A stretch of 64,000 nt of DNA, taken from the IMG/VR virus record IMGVR_UViG_3300017735_000003, positions 2,291 to 66,290 of that record, one strand, 5' to 3'. Both the position numbers and the translations under genes were made by a program. Origin of the DNA: a virus. Within the stretch, counting starts at the first letter, position 1, and every line of letters starts with the position of its first letter. Shown one piece after another: positions 9,601 to 18,990 of the stretch. The notes under the pieces were generated by a model. That model saw only the letters and a list, made by a program, of their open reading frames with translations, did no database searches and was not told where the DNA came from.

Positions 9601-12177
9601 GATAACATTATTCATGGTTTTGTTTATCAGGATAATGATAGATCTTCTATCACTAAAGAAGCAGTACAAACTTTAGTTACTGAAACTGGTTTCACACCAA
9701 CACTTGCTTCTCTTACCGGTAAAGCAGTATCAGGTCAAGAAAATAGACTTATTCCTTTCAGTGGTAGTCTCCCTCAAGTTGGTATTGAACTTAGAAGAAC
9801 ATCACAGGTTCGTGCTGGTAACCAAACGTTTGAATATACTGGTTTCGGTTCAGGTAACTACTCAACTGGTTTCCCTTCTAAGCAAGAACGAGTTCTAAAT
9901 GATAAGGAAGTTCTTTATTCTCAAGCACAACGTCGCCGTGCTGGTGTTGTATTCTATTCTGGATTGAATGCATATGGTGATCTATATGTTGGTAATCAGA
10001 AGATTAATGCTGTTACAGGTGAAGTTGAGATCCTTGATAAACCAATTCTAAGAGTTGCTGGATCTACTGCCGCTGTTAATGATGAATTCGTTCCTTATGT
10101 TGCTGGAACAAAGAATGTTAACATCGAAGGAACATTAGTAACAGGTGGTGGTGCTAATCAAACTGCTAACGGATTTAACAATGAATCACTCTTTAATGAG
10201 GGTATTCAGGTATCAACCAAAGATCCTACTGCTGTTAACAGAGCACTGACAACACATGATGTTAACTATCGTCCTAAAGGTCTTGCTCTCGCATCATCAT
10301 TCTCTAATGGCACAGTTAAGCAGACTGCCTTACTTAATAGTAATTTAAGACCTAATCCTGGTGTTGAGGGTGTATTCCTCGGAGATGCTTACTTCAAGAA
10401 TACTATTACCACTAATACTAGACATGAGGGTTACATCTATCTTGGATCTGATCTTAATGGTAATTTCTTAAATGGTGGTTGGAGACAAATTGGTTTAGTT
10501 GGTGTCGGTCATCTTACATCAATTGAAGAAACTTATAACACTACTGGTGGTCTTGCTTCTCCTGAACCTTATGAAGTTACTGGTAAGTTTGGTATCAACC
10601 AAGACAATCCTACCAAATCACTTCATGTAGGTACTGGCGATGTTCTGTTTGAAAATAATCTTGAGGTCGGTATTGACGGAGTTATTCAAGGTGATCTAGC
10701 AATTAATGGCGGGGATCTTACTACAACCGCTCCTACATTTAATTATACTAATAGTTCTACAGAAGTTAATTTCGCTACTGGTGCAACAACATTAACCATT
10801 GCTGCTTCTAATGCTGCTAATGGTGCTGGAACATCGGGAGGAACTTCTGTTGCAACACTCAGGAGTGATAACCTTGTTATTAATAGTGATATTGAATTCT
10901 CTGGTAAGTTTGATACTGGAACTACTGGTTCCAAGACATTCAATGCCACTGTGACGGCAGAAGTTGCTAACTTCATGACTACACCTAATACGGTTAATTT
11001 TGCTACTCAGGAAGTTAATGCTTTCACTGGTGCTACTAACTTAAACTTTGGTGCTTCAACTGGAACCACACAGGTCAATAATGATCTTAAAGTTATTGGT
11101 AATTTCTCGGTTCAAGGAACTACGAGTACTGTTAATTCAACAGTAACAACAATCCAAGATCCTGTAATTACACTTGGTGGGGGTGTTGATAATGCTAACT
11201 TATCATCTGATGATAACAAAGATAGAGGTCTTGAACTTAAGTATTATGATGGATCTTCTAAACTTGCCTTCATGGGTTGGGATAATTCTGCTAATGAATT
11301 TGCCTTCCTTTATGATGCTGCAAATTCCAGTGAAGTATTCAGTGGCACAGATGCTAGATTAAGAACAGGTGCTCTTACAATTAGCACTGCTGGTGGTAGT
11401 AACTATATTAACTATCAACCAAATCCATATTCTCCATTCAATAGTTCTGATGTAAGTTCTAACTTCCAGAGATTGATCGGAAAGTATGGTGTTCCTACAG
11501 GAACTATCGCAATGTATTCAGGAACAAGTGCTCCCGAAGGTTGGGCATTATGCAATGGTGGAAGTGCTACTACTAGAACAGGTGGTTCAGTCAGTCTTCC
11601 TGATCTGAGAAATAGATTTATTATTGGTGCTGGATCTTCTTATTCTCTTAACTCTACTGGTGGTTCAGCAAGCACTAGTATCAATCAAAATAGTGGAAAT
11701 AATAATCAAGCTCCTACTGTTAGTGATAATATTTCAATTAGTGTGAGCGGTCACACACTTACCAAAGCAGAAATACCTGTCCATGTTCATGGTATCGGAC
11801 ACATTCATGGATCTGCAACTGCTGCACTTCCTTCACACTCACACTCATATAATGACCGATATCTATCTGATAGTGGAGAAGGAGATTATGATAACGAAGA
11901 ATCAGATAACCAAGATGGTAAGTACACCTCACGTACTCCCCAAACAGATGCAGAACCAGCAAAAACCTTAACTGTCACAACTGGTCCTGCAAATTCCATT
12001 GATCCTAATACTAGCGGATCAGGTAACCAGCAAGGTCTGGGTAGTGGATCTCATAGTCATGGATCAACAAAGAGTGGTGGTGTTTCAATCAGCAACACTA
12101 CTCACCAACATAATATTAACTTTACCATTCCTACGATCCCGCCATATTATGCATTAACATTCATCTACAAACTGTGA
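6604..12177 (+). CDS. Large tail fibre protein with C-terminal tail-collar domain and HxH needle motifs
   Basis: Cyanophage fibre-type N-terminus ('GNSPTRPFKTIQRALLE'); collar 'VPTGTIAMYSGTSAPEGWALCNG..LPDLRNRFIIGAG'; HVH/HIH/HSH/HQH motifs; ends 'PPYYALTFIYKL'. Confidence 0.85.
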   Translation: MALNRLTNLIATRNGRMLYVNSDDFNASDLISNNGNSPTRPFKTIQRALLEVARFSYVTGQNNDKYDQFTINISPGDYVIDNRPGKSNSAEVSELSDQSNFDILDPNNDLYKFNATAGGLVIPRGTSLVGMDLRKTRIRPRYVPDPANSAYARTSIFNVTGACYFWQFSLFDALPTSDSSGKGGVYNAPNSTSIVNSDYSHHKVTCFTYSDQSDLDLFYAKAARAFASIPTSAGELESRIQETRIVGPLQQSGQQGISTATVSGSLVTIVTAGPHEVFEGQQITIEDISGVYSSLNGSYYVTTVTNDSQLIITVPGLASGSIPANDLTNAIVKAEVDTVDSSSPYIFNCSLRSTYGLCGLWADGSKVSGFKSMVVAQFTGVSLQKDDRAFVKFTETTSPNPSFVLEGGSSDSVALHQDSAGYVYYRGDATDGWRHYHIRVSNNAFIQSVSVFAVGYAEQHLIEAGGDYSITNSNSNFGTMALCADGFRPDAFTLDKKGYFSHIVPPQSLETQETDVPYYPLDVQKSRDGISANGVGSRLYLFEQTDPNKTPVFDINQYKVGGRIGDKVFANLTNPTNSRIEEFQAIINPSGIEEHTISSVDTAFDTFVTASTNNFETATPIRIYSTTGYLPLGMESNRLYYVIKVNNTSFKIAPSEEDARAGAGGAANSIVNIRSQIPAGADLSVKAYVSDTNPELPNFGVVVNANQETMTTGTFPHGFTTGDKVFFNRSIIAGQVQTGALPLIQAGGTVTSLSLSTEYYVYVVDSFTFKIADSESNANNNVPIPLDTNGDANVLTVYRNIQKSPLRFDPVHRAGSTQGNWYIAVTADITNTIHPILTSSDTNNIYGNPSLSNTENVFFRRLSDNRALADRTYRLRYVIPKTELNARPPLIGYVVKRKTDANNTILPYNTANAVDQTADFDRVYFVYRSDTILTHIPGEQDGIYYLTILMGDVSPKGSQFNSPTDTFAFLAYSQDVGKIYPDLDKDNPAADPAAAVSVADNIIHGFVYQDNDRSSITKEAVQTLVTETGFTPTLASLTGKAVSGQENRLIPFSGSLPQVGIELRRTSQVRAGNQTFEYTGFGSGNYSTGFPSKQERVLNDKEVLYSQAQRRRAGVVFYSGLNAYGDLYVGNQKINAVTGEVEILDKPILRVAGSTAAVNDEFVPYVAGTKNVNIEGTLVTGGGANQTANGFNNESLFNEGIQVSTKDPTAVNRALTTHDVNYRPKGLALASSFSNGTVKQTALLNSNLRPNPGVEGVFLGDAYFKNTITTNTRHEGYIYLGSDLNGNFLNGGWRQIGLVGVGHLTSIEETYNTTGGLASPEPYEVTGKFGINQDNPTKSLHVGTGDVLFENNLEVGIDGVIQGDLAINGGDLTTTAPTFNYTNSSTEVNFATGATTLTIAASNAANGAGTSGGTSVATLRSDNLVINSDIEFSGKFDTGTTGSKTFNATVTAEVANFMTTPNTVNFATQEVNAFTGATNLNFGASTGTTQVNNDLKVIGNFSVQGTTSTVNSTVTTIQDPVITLGGGVDNANLSSDDNKDRGLELKYYDGSSKLAFMGWDNSANEFAFLYDAANSSEVFSGTDARLRTGALTISTAGGSNYINYQPNPYSPFNSSDVSSNFQRLIGKYGVPTGTIAMYSGTSAPEGWALCNGGSATTRTGGSVSLPDLRNRFIIGAGSSYSLNSTGGSASTSINQNSGNNNQAPTVSDNISISVSGHTLTKAEIPVHVHGIGHIHGSATAALPSHSHSYNDRYLSDSGEGDYDNEESDNQDGKYTSRTPQTDAEPAKTLTVTTGPANSIDPNTSGSGNQQGLGSGSHSHGSTKSGGVSISNTTHQHNINFTIPTIPPYYALTFIYKL

Positions 12178-12421
12178 TTTCATAATCGATGTATTCATTC
12201 TTCGTTCCTTCGCTGGACCACTTTCCGGCGAACTGAAAATCCCATCGTTTAGTATTACGATCTTTGACGCATACTAATTTAAATCTGCGGGTGACAAATG
12301 AATACATTTTCAACCCATATTTTCCTTCTGCTTCCTTCTCATCGTGATTGAAAGCACCAACATATAAACTTTTGGTTCTTGAATCAATCTGGAACCAATT
12401 TTTTCCTCTGGAAAGTTTCAT
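12161..12421 (-). CDS. Hypothetical protein (minus strand)
   Basis: 86-aa ORF from the ATG at 12421, filling the gap between the fibre gene and the early promoter. Confidence 0.6.
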   Translation of the reverse strand: MKLSRGKNWFQIDSRTKSLYVGAFNHDEKEAEGKYGLKMYSFVTRRFKLVCVKDRNTKRWDFQFAGKWSSEGTKNEYIDYEITVCR

Positions 12422-12449
12422 AATAATAATAACTCTTAATGTATGTAGA

Positions 12450-12504
12450 CCAGTTTGCAAACTGGCACAGGGTGGTCTCCTCCATGGGGTCCGCCCTTTA
12501 TACT
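12450..12504 (+). promoter_or_regulatory. Early promoter motif copy 1
   Basis: Palindrome CCAGTTTGCAAACTGG, then CAC, 30 nt, TATACT. Confidence 0.8.
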
Positions 12505-12525
12505 TGTGTCAGTTGAGAGGAACGC

Positions 12526-14673
12526 ATGATTAATCAGGAGATCAAAGGCAATCTTGCCAAACTGCTCGCCACGGAGAACCTTGTGGTGGAGCATCGCAAT
12601 GTCTCCACAGCATCTTTTGACACGGGTCGCCGTGTTCTGACGCTGCCTGTTTGGAACAAGGCATCCTCTACAGTATATGACATGCTGGTAGGTCATGAGG
12701 TGGGACATGCCCTTTATACTCCTGATACTGACTGGACTGAGATTGTTCGTAATAGTGTACCACATGACTTCGTGAATGTTGTGGAAGATGCTCGCATCGA
12801 GAAACTTATGAAGCGTAAGTTTCCTGGTCTCTCACGTAGTTTCTATCAGGGATATGAAGAACTGAATGATCAGGACTTCTTTGAGATCCAGGAAATCGAC
12901 GCTGAACGTCTGTCATTTATTGATCGTATTAACCTTCACTTCAAGGTTGGTGCTTTCGCTATGATCCCGTTCGCAAATAATACTGAAGATCAATTCATCG
13001 TTCGTATCGGTGATGCTGAAACGTTTGAAGAAGTGCTCGCTATTTGCGAGGATATTGTAGATTATCTGAAGGAGCAGGAACAACAGCAAACTCCTGTTGC
13101 CTCACAGCAACCACAGCAGGGTCAAATTGATGAAGATGATGATAACCCTACATCAGAAGATAAGAAGGATACAGACGCTCCTCAGGGTGAATCAGAAGAT
13201 CAATCTAATGATCCTGCTGAACTTGAGACCCCTTCATATGAAGGTAACACTCCTGATATTGATGAGGAAGTATCACAAACTCAGCGTTCTTTCGATGAAA
13301 GTGCTGAAGAACTCTCTTCAAATCAATCATACTATGGTAATGTTGAGTATGTAGAAGTCCCTAAGATCAAACTTGAAAATACTATTGTTGATTGTAAGGC
13401 ACTTAACGATTACATCAGTAAGTTTTGGTTTGATCAGGGTTTTGAACGCCAGAAGCATTGGGGAGATATCTTTGAAACAGTAGATAATGAGTATAAGAAC
13501 TACAAATTATCCGCTCAGAAAGAAGTAAACTACCTTGTAAAGGAGTTTGAGTGTAAGAAGTCTGCTGATGCTTATGCTCGCACTTCTACAGCACGTTCTG
13601 GTGTGCTTGATACTAGCAAACTCCATACTTATAAGTATAGTGATGATATCTTTAAGAAAATCAATGTCATCCCTGATGGTAAGAACCATGGTCTGATCTT
13701 TATTCTGGACTGGTCTGGTTCTATGGTAGATGCTCTCATGGATACTGTTAAGCAACTGCTTAATCTTTGTTGGTTCTGTAAGAAAGTACAGATCCCATTT
13801 GAAGTGTATGCATTTACACTTGAGTGGAATCCTTATGTTCTTGATGAAGAAATGGAAATTGGGGAGTTCCCATCTAAGTGTGACAATAAAGTTGGTGAGT
13901 TTAATATTCACCGTCGTTTCTTCCTGCTGAACTTCTTGAGTTCACGTAGTAATTCCATGGAGTTTGACACACAGGCAAAGCATCTCTTCCGTATGGCATA
14001 TAGTTATCGTAATCATGTTTCTTACCACTGTCCTCATGGTTGTGGTCTTAGTGGCACACCTCTGAACGAGAGTATCATCACTCTTCATCAGATCATTCCA
14101 CAGTTCAAGAATGATAACAAACTCCAGAAGGTTAACGTTGTTATTCTGACTGATGGTGAGGGTTGTGATCTGACATTTAATACTGAGAATAGTTATGCGT
14201 CAACAGGTATCGGCACCCGCCGTGTTGCTGGTGCTGCTGCTCTTCGTGATCGTAAGACTGGTAACGTTTATCGTACATTTGGTGAATGGAATGGATCATA
14301 TGATAATTCTTTGACTGCCATTCTTCTGGAAAATCTTAAGCATCGTTTCCCTGAGGTTAATCTCATCGGTTTCCGTATCGTAACAGGATCTGAATTCAAT
14401 CGTTTCTATCGTTACATTAACGTTTGTCAGTGGAGTGATGAAGTTCCTGATAAAGTTACCAAGCAGTGGCGTAAGTCTAGGTCCATTGAAATGAATCCTA
14501 CAGGATATGATGCTCTGTATGCCATTGCTGCCAGTGCATTATCTGCTGATACTACCTTTGATGTTGCAGAAGATGCTAGCATCGCTGAGGTTCGTAAGGC
14601 ATTCAGGACTACCCTGAAGAAAAAATCTTCCAACAAAAAACTGCTTTCTTCTTTTGCCTCTCTTGTCTCTTGA
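12526..14673 (+). CDS. Metallopeptidase-vWA domain protein (CobT-like partner of the MoxR ATPase)
   Basis: HExxH ('HEVGH') and 'NVVEDARIE'; acidic linker; MIDAS motif 'LDWSGSM..GTPL..LTDG'. Confidence 0.88.
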   Translation: MINQEIKGNLAKLLATENLVVEHRNVSTASFDTGRRVLTLPVWNKASSTVYDMLVGHEVGHALYTPDTDWTEIVRNSVPHDFVNVVEDARIEKLMKRKFPGLSRSFYQGYEELNDQDFFEIQEIDAERLSFIDRINLHFKVGAFAMIPFANNTEDQFIVRIGDAETFEEVLAICEDIVDYLKEQEQQQTPVASQQPQQGQIDEDDDNPTSEDKKDTDAPQGESEDQSNDPAELETPSYEGNTPDIDEEVSQTQRSFDESAEELSSNQSYYGNVEYVEVPKIKLENTIVDCKALNDYISKFWFDQGFERQKHWGDIFETVDNEYKNYKLSAQKEVNYLVKEFECKKSADAYARTSTARSGVLDTSKLHTYKYSDDIFKKINVIPDGKNHGLIFILDWSGSMVDALMDTVKQLLNLCWFCKKVQIPFEVYAFTLEWNPYVLDEEMEIGEFPSKCDNKVGEFNIHRRFFLLNFLSSRSNSMEFDTQAKHLFRMAYSYRNHVSYHCPHGCGLSGTPLNESIITLHQIIPQFKNDNKLQKVNVVILTDGEGCDLTFNTENSYASTGIGTRRVAGAAALRDRKTGNVYRTFGEWNGSYDNSLTAILLENLKHRFPEVNLIGFRIVTGSEFNRFYRYINVCQWSDEVPDKVTKQWRKSRSIEMNPTGYDALYAIAASALSADTTFDVAEDASIAEVRKAFRTTLKKKSSNKKLLSSFASLVS

Positions 14674-14698
14674 CAATCTTCTTTTTCTAATGTATAAT
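14670..14698 (+). promoter_or_regulatory. Consensus sigma70-type promoter
   Basis: TTGACA-17-TATAAT. Confidence 0.8.
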
Positions 14699-14727
14699 TT
14701 AACAGTAAGCAATTTTTAAGAGACAAT

Positions 14728-15255
14728 ATGTTTTCCACTGCCACTAACGAACTTCGTAATGCTGTTGAGCGCAGTAACTGGGGTGTTGTATACGATGGAT
14801 ATGCTATCTGGGCTAAGAATAATCATCATAAGATCATGATCGGAGATAATCCTATCAGCATTCCACTCCCAAGTATGAAGCGTCCATATGGATTTCGTGA
14901 CTACTTATTTACTTTCATGGGTCGTAATGACTTAAAGGAAGTTAAGAAAGTAGAACAGAATGCATCGAAGTTTCTTTCTAAGCACCCTAGAAAGATTATG
15001 GAAGATGCAAAAATCTTTACCGAACTTCTTCCTGCTGTTCTGGAAAATAAAATTTACCAGAATGAAGTAAAGGATGCAAAGATCAATGCCACACTCAACA
15101 ATTACTTTGAGGGTAAGACTGAAGAGTTTCATCAGTCATCCATTGACTTTAATGCCCCAACACAGTCATCAGAAATTATGAATGTGATTAAGATGGCATC
15201 AGAATGTGGTGTCAAGTCCCTTAAGACACCCGAGGGATACGAAATCCAATTCTGA
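14728..15255 (+). CDS. Hypothetical protein
   Basis: 175-aa ORF with its own promoter. Confidence 0.75.
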   Translation: MFSTATNELRNAVERSNWGVVYDGYAIWAKNNHHKIMIGDNPISIPLPSMKRPYGFRDYLFTFMGRNDLKEVKKVEQNASKFLSKHPRKIMEDAKIFTELLPAVLENKIYQNEVKDAKINATLNNYFEGKTEEFHQSSIDFNAPTQSSEIMNVIKMASECGVKSLKTPEGYEIQF

Positions 15256-15300
15256 AACTGGCACAGGGTCTCACCCACGACCCCTTAAATACTGTATATT
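15245..15300 (+). promoter_or_regulatory. Early promoter motif copy 2
   Basis: AACTGGCAC (15256-15264), 30 nt, TATATT. Confidence 0.78.
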
Positions 15301-15328
15301 TACATTGTTCGCAACCGAGACACACCAC

Positions 15329-16441
15329 ATGCCCCGCAAGATCAACATCGACATGAATGCTCTCACATCATTCATCGCTACCAATTACGGTAATGAATTT
15401 GGTGGTGATGCTGTTCGCGCTGCTGCTGGTTCGTTTAATGTTTCCTACCCCACCATGATGAAACGTCTCGACCAGTATAAAGTGGGTCACGGTAAGTGGA
15501 ACCTGAGTATTCAGGAGAAACTTGAGCAAACATATGAAGCACCTTCTGCTCCTACTGTAGTTGAACCGATCACACAAAACTTAGTACCAGAAAAAGATGA
15601 TACCTTCGTCCCTTTTGGTAACTATGGTGATCTCAAGAAGATTATTTCTTCTAACATCTTTTACCCTGTGTTTGTCACTGGGTTATCAGGTAATGGTAAA
15701 ACTTTCAGTGTAGAGCAAGCATGTGCCGCTCTTGGGCGTGAATTAATTCGTATCAATATTACCATTGAAACTGATGAAGATGATCTTGTGGGCGGTTTCC
15801 GTCTGGTTGATGGTAATACTGTCTGGCACAATGGTCCTGTCATTGAGGCTCTTGAGCGTGGTGCTATTCTCCTTCTGGATGAAATCGATCTGGCATCCAA
15901 TAAAATTATGTGTCTCCAGTCAATTCTTGAAGGTAAAGGTGTCTTCCTGAAGAAGACTGGACGTTATGTGAAACCTGCTGCTGGTTTCAATGTGATTGCT
16001 ACTGCCAATACTAAAGGTAAAGGTTCTGATGATGGACGTTTCATCGGCACTAATGTGTTGAATGAGGCATTTCTTGAGCGTTTTGCATTGACCTTCGAGC
16101 AGGATTATCCTACTCCTAAGATCGAACAACGTATTCTTGAGGGTATTTCCCTTGATCTGGGGTTGACAGATCGCGAGTTTTGTGAGAAACTTGCTTCATG
16201 GGCTGATATTATTCGTAAGACCTTTAAAGATGGTGGCATTGATGAAGTGATCTCAACACGTCGTCTGGTCCACATCATCCGTGCTTATGCTATCTTTAAC
16301 AAGCGTATGAAGTCTATCGAGGTTTGTGTCAATCGTTTTGATGATGAAACCAAGACTTCATTCATTGAACTCTATGACAAACTTGACGCCAGTGTGCATC
16401 AGGAAAGTGTCGTAGATACCGAACTCTTGACAAATTCTTGA
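15329..16441 (+). CDS. cobS: MoxR/CobS-like AAA+ ATPase
   Basis: Walker A 'GLSGNGKT', Walker B 'LLLDEID', 'ATANTKG', 'LNEAFLERF'; start reassigned to ATG 15329, downstream of the promoter. Confidence 0.92.
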   Translation: MPRKINIDMNALTSFIATNYGNEFGGDAVRAAAGSFNVSYPTMMKRLDQYKVGHGKWNLSIQEKLEQTYEAPSAPTVVEPITQNLVPEKDDTFVPFGNYGDLKKIISSNIFYPVFVTGLSGNGKTFSVEQACAALGRELIRINITIETDEDDLVGGFRLVDGNTVWHNGPVIEALERGAILLLDEIDLASNKIMCLQSILEGKGVFLKKTGRYVKPAAGFNVIATANTKGKGSDDGRFIGTNVLNEAFLERFALTFEQDYPTPKIEQRILEGISLDLGLTDREFCEKLASWADIIRKTFKDGGIDEVISTRRLVHIIRAYAIFNKRMKSIEVCVNRFDDETKTSFIELYDKLDASVHQESVVDTELLTNS

Positions 16442-16460
16442 AATTCGGTTACACTAAATA
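16427..16460 (+). promoter_or_regulatory. Overlapping sigma70 and late-type promoters
   Basis: TTGACA-17-TACACT overlapping ACTAAATA. Confidence 0.65.
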
Positions 16461-16570
16461 AGTATCGTAGCACACTCAGTGTTACGATATATAACAAACG
16501 AGAGAACGTCGATCTCTCTTTCATCCGTAGGTTAAACTCTACGAGACATACTTAAAGGTAATTAAACAAA

Positions 16571-16942
16571 ATGATTAAATCTGTATTCGCAGCCGCTGCT
16601 GCACTTTCAATGTCCGCTACTGCCGCACTTGCTGGACCCTACGTCAACGTAGAAGCAAACTCAGGATTCACGGGATCCGATTACAACGGCACAAATACCG
16701 ACCTTCACGTAGGGTACGAAGACGCTCTGGGTGCCAATGCATCATACTACGTCCAGGTTGGCGCTACTGTAGTCGCTCCTGACAGCGGCGAAGGCGATAC
16801 TGTTCCCTCTGGTAAGGCAGGACTTGGCATCGGTCTTACAGACGCTCTGGGAGCATACGGCGAAATCAGTTTCGTCGGTTCAGGTGATAGCGATATCGAC
16901 CGTGGTTATGGAACCAAATTGGGTCTGAAGTATTCCTTCTGA
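16571..16942 (+). CDS. Small outer-membrane beta-barrel-like protein with signal peptide
   Basis: Ala-rich signal peptide ending ALA, alternating beta-strand pattern, C-terminal 'GLKYSF' BAM-type signal. Confidence 0.8.
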   Translation: MIKSVFAAAAALSMSATAALAGPYVNVEANSGFTGSDYNGTNTDLHVGYEDALGANASYYVQVGATVVAPDSGEGDTVPSGKAGLGIGLTDALGAYGEISFVGSGDSDIDRGYGTKLGLKYSF

Positions 16943-16957
16943 TATCTGCTATAATTT

Positions 16958-16979
16958 GGGGGTCTTCGGACCCTTTTTT
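16958..16979 (+). terminator. Rho-independent terminator
   Basis: GGGTC-TTCG-GACCC-TTTTTT. Confidence 0.85.
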
Positions 16980-16982
16980 ACT

Positions 16983-17067
16983 GGAAGGTTGGCAGAGCGG
17001 TTTATTGCACCAGTCTTGAAAACTGGAGAGGGTCACACCTCCGTGAGTTCAAATCTCACATCTTCCT
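16983..17067 (+). tRNA. tRNA-Ser(TGA)
   Basis: Acceptor GGAAGGT/ATCTTCC; anticodon arm CCAGT-CTTGAAA-ACTGG; long variable arm; GTTCAAATC T-loop; no encoded CCA. Confidence 0.92.
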
Positions 17068-17107
17068 TTGGAGTTTAACTCCACCCACCCAATTACATTT
17101 TTCTCTC

Positions 17108-17293
17108 ATGAGCGATCTCAACCAAGTAGAAAACATTCTTTGCGACATTGATGGTCTTATTGGTGCTGCCATGGAGGCAGGAGACACCGAAAATGCTAGG
17201 GCATTAGCAGAAGAATTCGGTGAGTGGTTCATGGATTACAATAATGAGAAAGATATTGATGTCATGTGCCTGGAGGTATTGAGCGAGCAATGA
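17108..17293 (+). CDS. Hypothetical protein
   Basis: 61-aa acidic ORF. Confidence 0.65.
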   Translation: MSDLNQVENILCDIDGLIGAAMEAGDTENARALAEEFGEWFMDYNNEKDIDVMCLEVLSEQ

Positions 17294-17508
17294 TATATCA
17301 ATACACCATTTTTGTGGTGGTTGCTATTTTTGTTTACTTAATTTTTACTGAACCCAACGCATCACTTTACATTGACTTACAAGTACAGGGAGCATGGATA
17401 AACATCCGTCGTCTCCTTTTTCTTGCTCGTATGTATCCACGGATTAAATTTGATACGTGGATGATTAAGCGTAGATATAAAAAAATTATGAAAGACAATG
17501 GGCAGTAA
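17290..17508 (+). CDS. Hypothetical membrane protein
   Basis: N-terminal hydrophobic helix; ATGA overlap with the upstream ORF. Confidence 0.65.
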   Translation: MIYQYTIFVVVAIFVYLIFTEPNASLYIDLQVQGAWINIRRLLFLARMYPRIKFDTWMIKRRYKKIMKDNGQ

Positions 17509-18025
17509 TATATTTTATGATTACATCTGGTCGAAAGATGTATTAGATTATTATCGTGAAATGTTTGATGACTGGAAGGGTAAACAATCAAATCCAGTTC
17601 ATAAGAGTGGTGATCGTGAACTGCTAGACATTACTCACGATTGCCCTGATCCATCTCCACTAATTGATAAGTATATAAACTCCTTATCAGATAGAGTTGC
17701 CGCTGAATTATCTAATTCTTTTTCCTCTGGGTATTCTACTGATGGAAGGTTAAGTTTGTATAATATACAACAACGTTATGATTGGCATCATGATGCTAGT
17801 CGTAAATATAAGCACCCACAAAATCCTAATTGGAGAAGGATTATTTCATCGATAACATATTTGAATGATGACTTCAAAGGTGGTGAGACAGAATTTGAAG
17901 ATCAGTTAATCATACCACAATCAGGAAAAACAGTTACATTCCCATCCACATTTACTTATCCTCACCGTGGATGTCCTATTGCAGAGGGCACCAAAAAAAT
18001 CTTAGTCATGCATGTATGGGTGTAA
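17498..18025 (+). CDS. 2OG-Fe(II) oxygenase (prolyl-4-hydroxylase-like)
   Basis: 'WHHD..YLNDDFKGGETEF..FPS..YPHRG..GTK'. Confidence 0.9.
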   Translation: MGSNIFYDYIWSKDVLDYYREMFDDWKGKQSNPVHKSGDRELLDITHDCPDPSPLIDKYINSLSDRVAAELSNSFSSGYSTDGRLSLYNIQQRYDWHHDASRKYKHPQNPNWRRIISSITYLNDDFKGGETEFEDQLIIPQSGKTVTFPSTFTYPHRGCPIAEGTKKILVMHVWV

Positions 18026-18064
18026 AAATGTGTTATAATTAGTAGTAGTTCTTTATCATTAGTG

Positions 18065-18238
18065 ATGACTACCAATCATCTAATTAATTCGATTGTATAT
18101 GAAATCCAGTGCATCAATCCAGAAGAAACACTGGATCATGCTAAAGTAAAGAAAGCATCACAAAAGATTGTAACTCTTGTAGAAGACTATCAATCTAGAC
18201 AAAAAGAAAAACCAACTCGCTGGAGAGCGTCTGACTAA
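18065..18238 (+). CDS. Hypothetical protein
   Basis: 57-aa ORF read by hand; TAATG coupling to the next gene. Confidence 0.55.
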   Translation: MTTNHLINSIVYEIQCINPEETLDHAKVKKASQKIVTLVEDYQSRQKEKPTRWRASD

Positions 18239-18453
18239 TGACTAGTAACATTTACAAGAAATACTGGGAGGAACCAGACAGACAAAAACAATCATGGATC
18301 CTTCCTGTAGAGACATGTTGTAATCATCATAGTGGTGATTATGCAATCACATTTCCTGATGATCTTATCGAAGCAGTAGGATGGGAGATTGGAGATGACT
18401 TGGAATGGATTGACAACAATGATGGATCATTCACACTAAAGAAAATTAACTAA
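18238..18453 (+). CDS. AbrB/MazE-like swapped-hairpin protein
   Basis: 'YAITFPDDLIEAVGWEIGDDLEW..DGSFTLKK'. Confidence 0.65.
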   Translation: MTSNIYKKYWEEPDRQKQSWILPVETCCNHHSGDYAITFPDDLIEAVGWEIGDDLEWIDNNDGSFTLKKIN

Positions 18454-18770
18454 TGGCAATTCGTAATCATAAGGGTGAGACTGTTGGTGCTGAAGATGTA
18501 GCACCTAAGCGTAAACCAGGACGCCCTAAGAAAACTGAAGCAACATCGAATAAGAAAGTACGCGCACCTAAAGGACCAGTGATTGATCCTCCCCGTGTTA
18601 CTGACGGTCCATTTCATATGGTATTTCCTTACCATCTTCATTATAAGGATACTGATGGCAGCAATAGAAATTTCTATTTTCAATGCGAAGGTCACATGAA
18701 CACACACATCGAGAGGTACAAAGTTGACAGAAGAAAAGCAACAATCAGAGCAACAGAACCAAGGAATTGA
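18453..18770 (+). CDS. Hypothetical basic protein
   Basis: Coupled ORF containing AT-hook-like 'KRKPGRPKK'. Confidence 0.65.
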   Translation: MAIRNHKGETVGAEDVAPKRKPGRPKKTEATSNKKVRAPKGPVIDPPRVTDGPFHMVFPYHLHYKDTDGSNRNFYFQCEGHMNTHIERYKVDRRKATIRATEPRN

Positions 18771-18990
18771 AATTCCTGAGGGTGCAGAACTCATCGATGA
18801 ATGCTTCTATGTCTGGGAAACTAGGTATGGATTGTATTCTACCATGACAAAGGAAGGTCGTCGGATGATGACTGGTGCTACTAAAGATGGTGTCACTGTT
18901 ATGACACGTTGGCATCTTAAATGTGAACAGGAGGGCACACTACATCTATACACTAGAGTTGTCAATACTACCCAAGGCGTTAAATTATGA
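18724..18990 (+). CDS. Hypothetical protein
   Basis: 88-aa ORF in the operon. Confidence 0.65.
   Translation: MTEEKQQSEQQNQGIEIPEGAELIDECFYVWETRYGLYSTMTKEGRRMMTGATKDGVTVMTRWHLKCEQEGTLHLYTRVVNTTQGVKL

Noticed and set aside
15206-15328. N-terminal extension of cobS in the ORF track
   Set aside because: It overlaps the promoter motif; ATG 15329 is the plausible start.
12526-16441. Cobalamin biosynthesis role for the cobS/cobT-like genes
   Set aside because: Only generic MoxR and vWA motifs are visible; no cobN or other cob genes.
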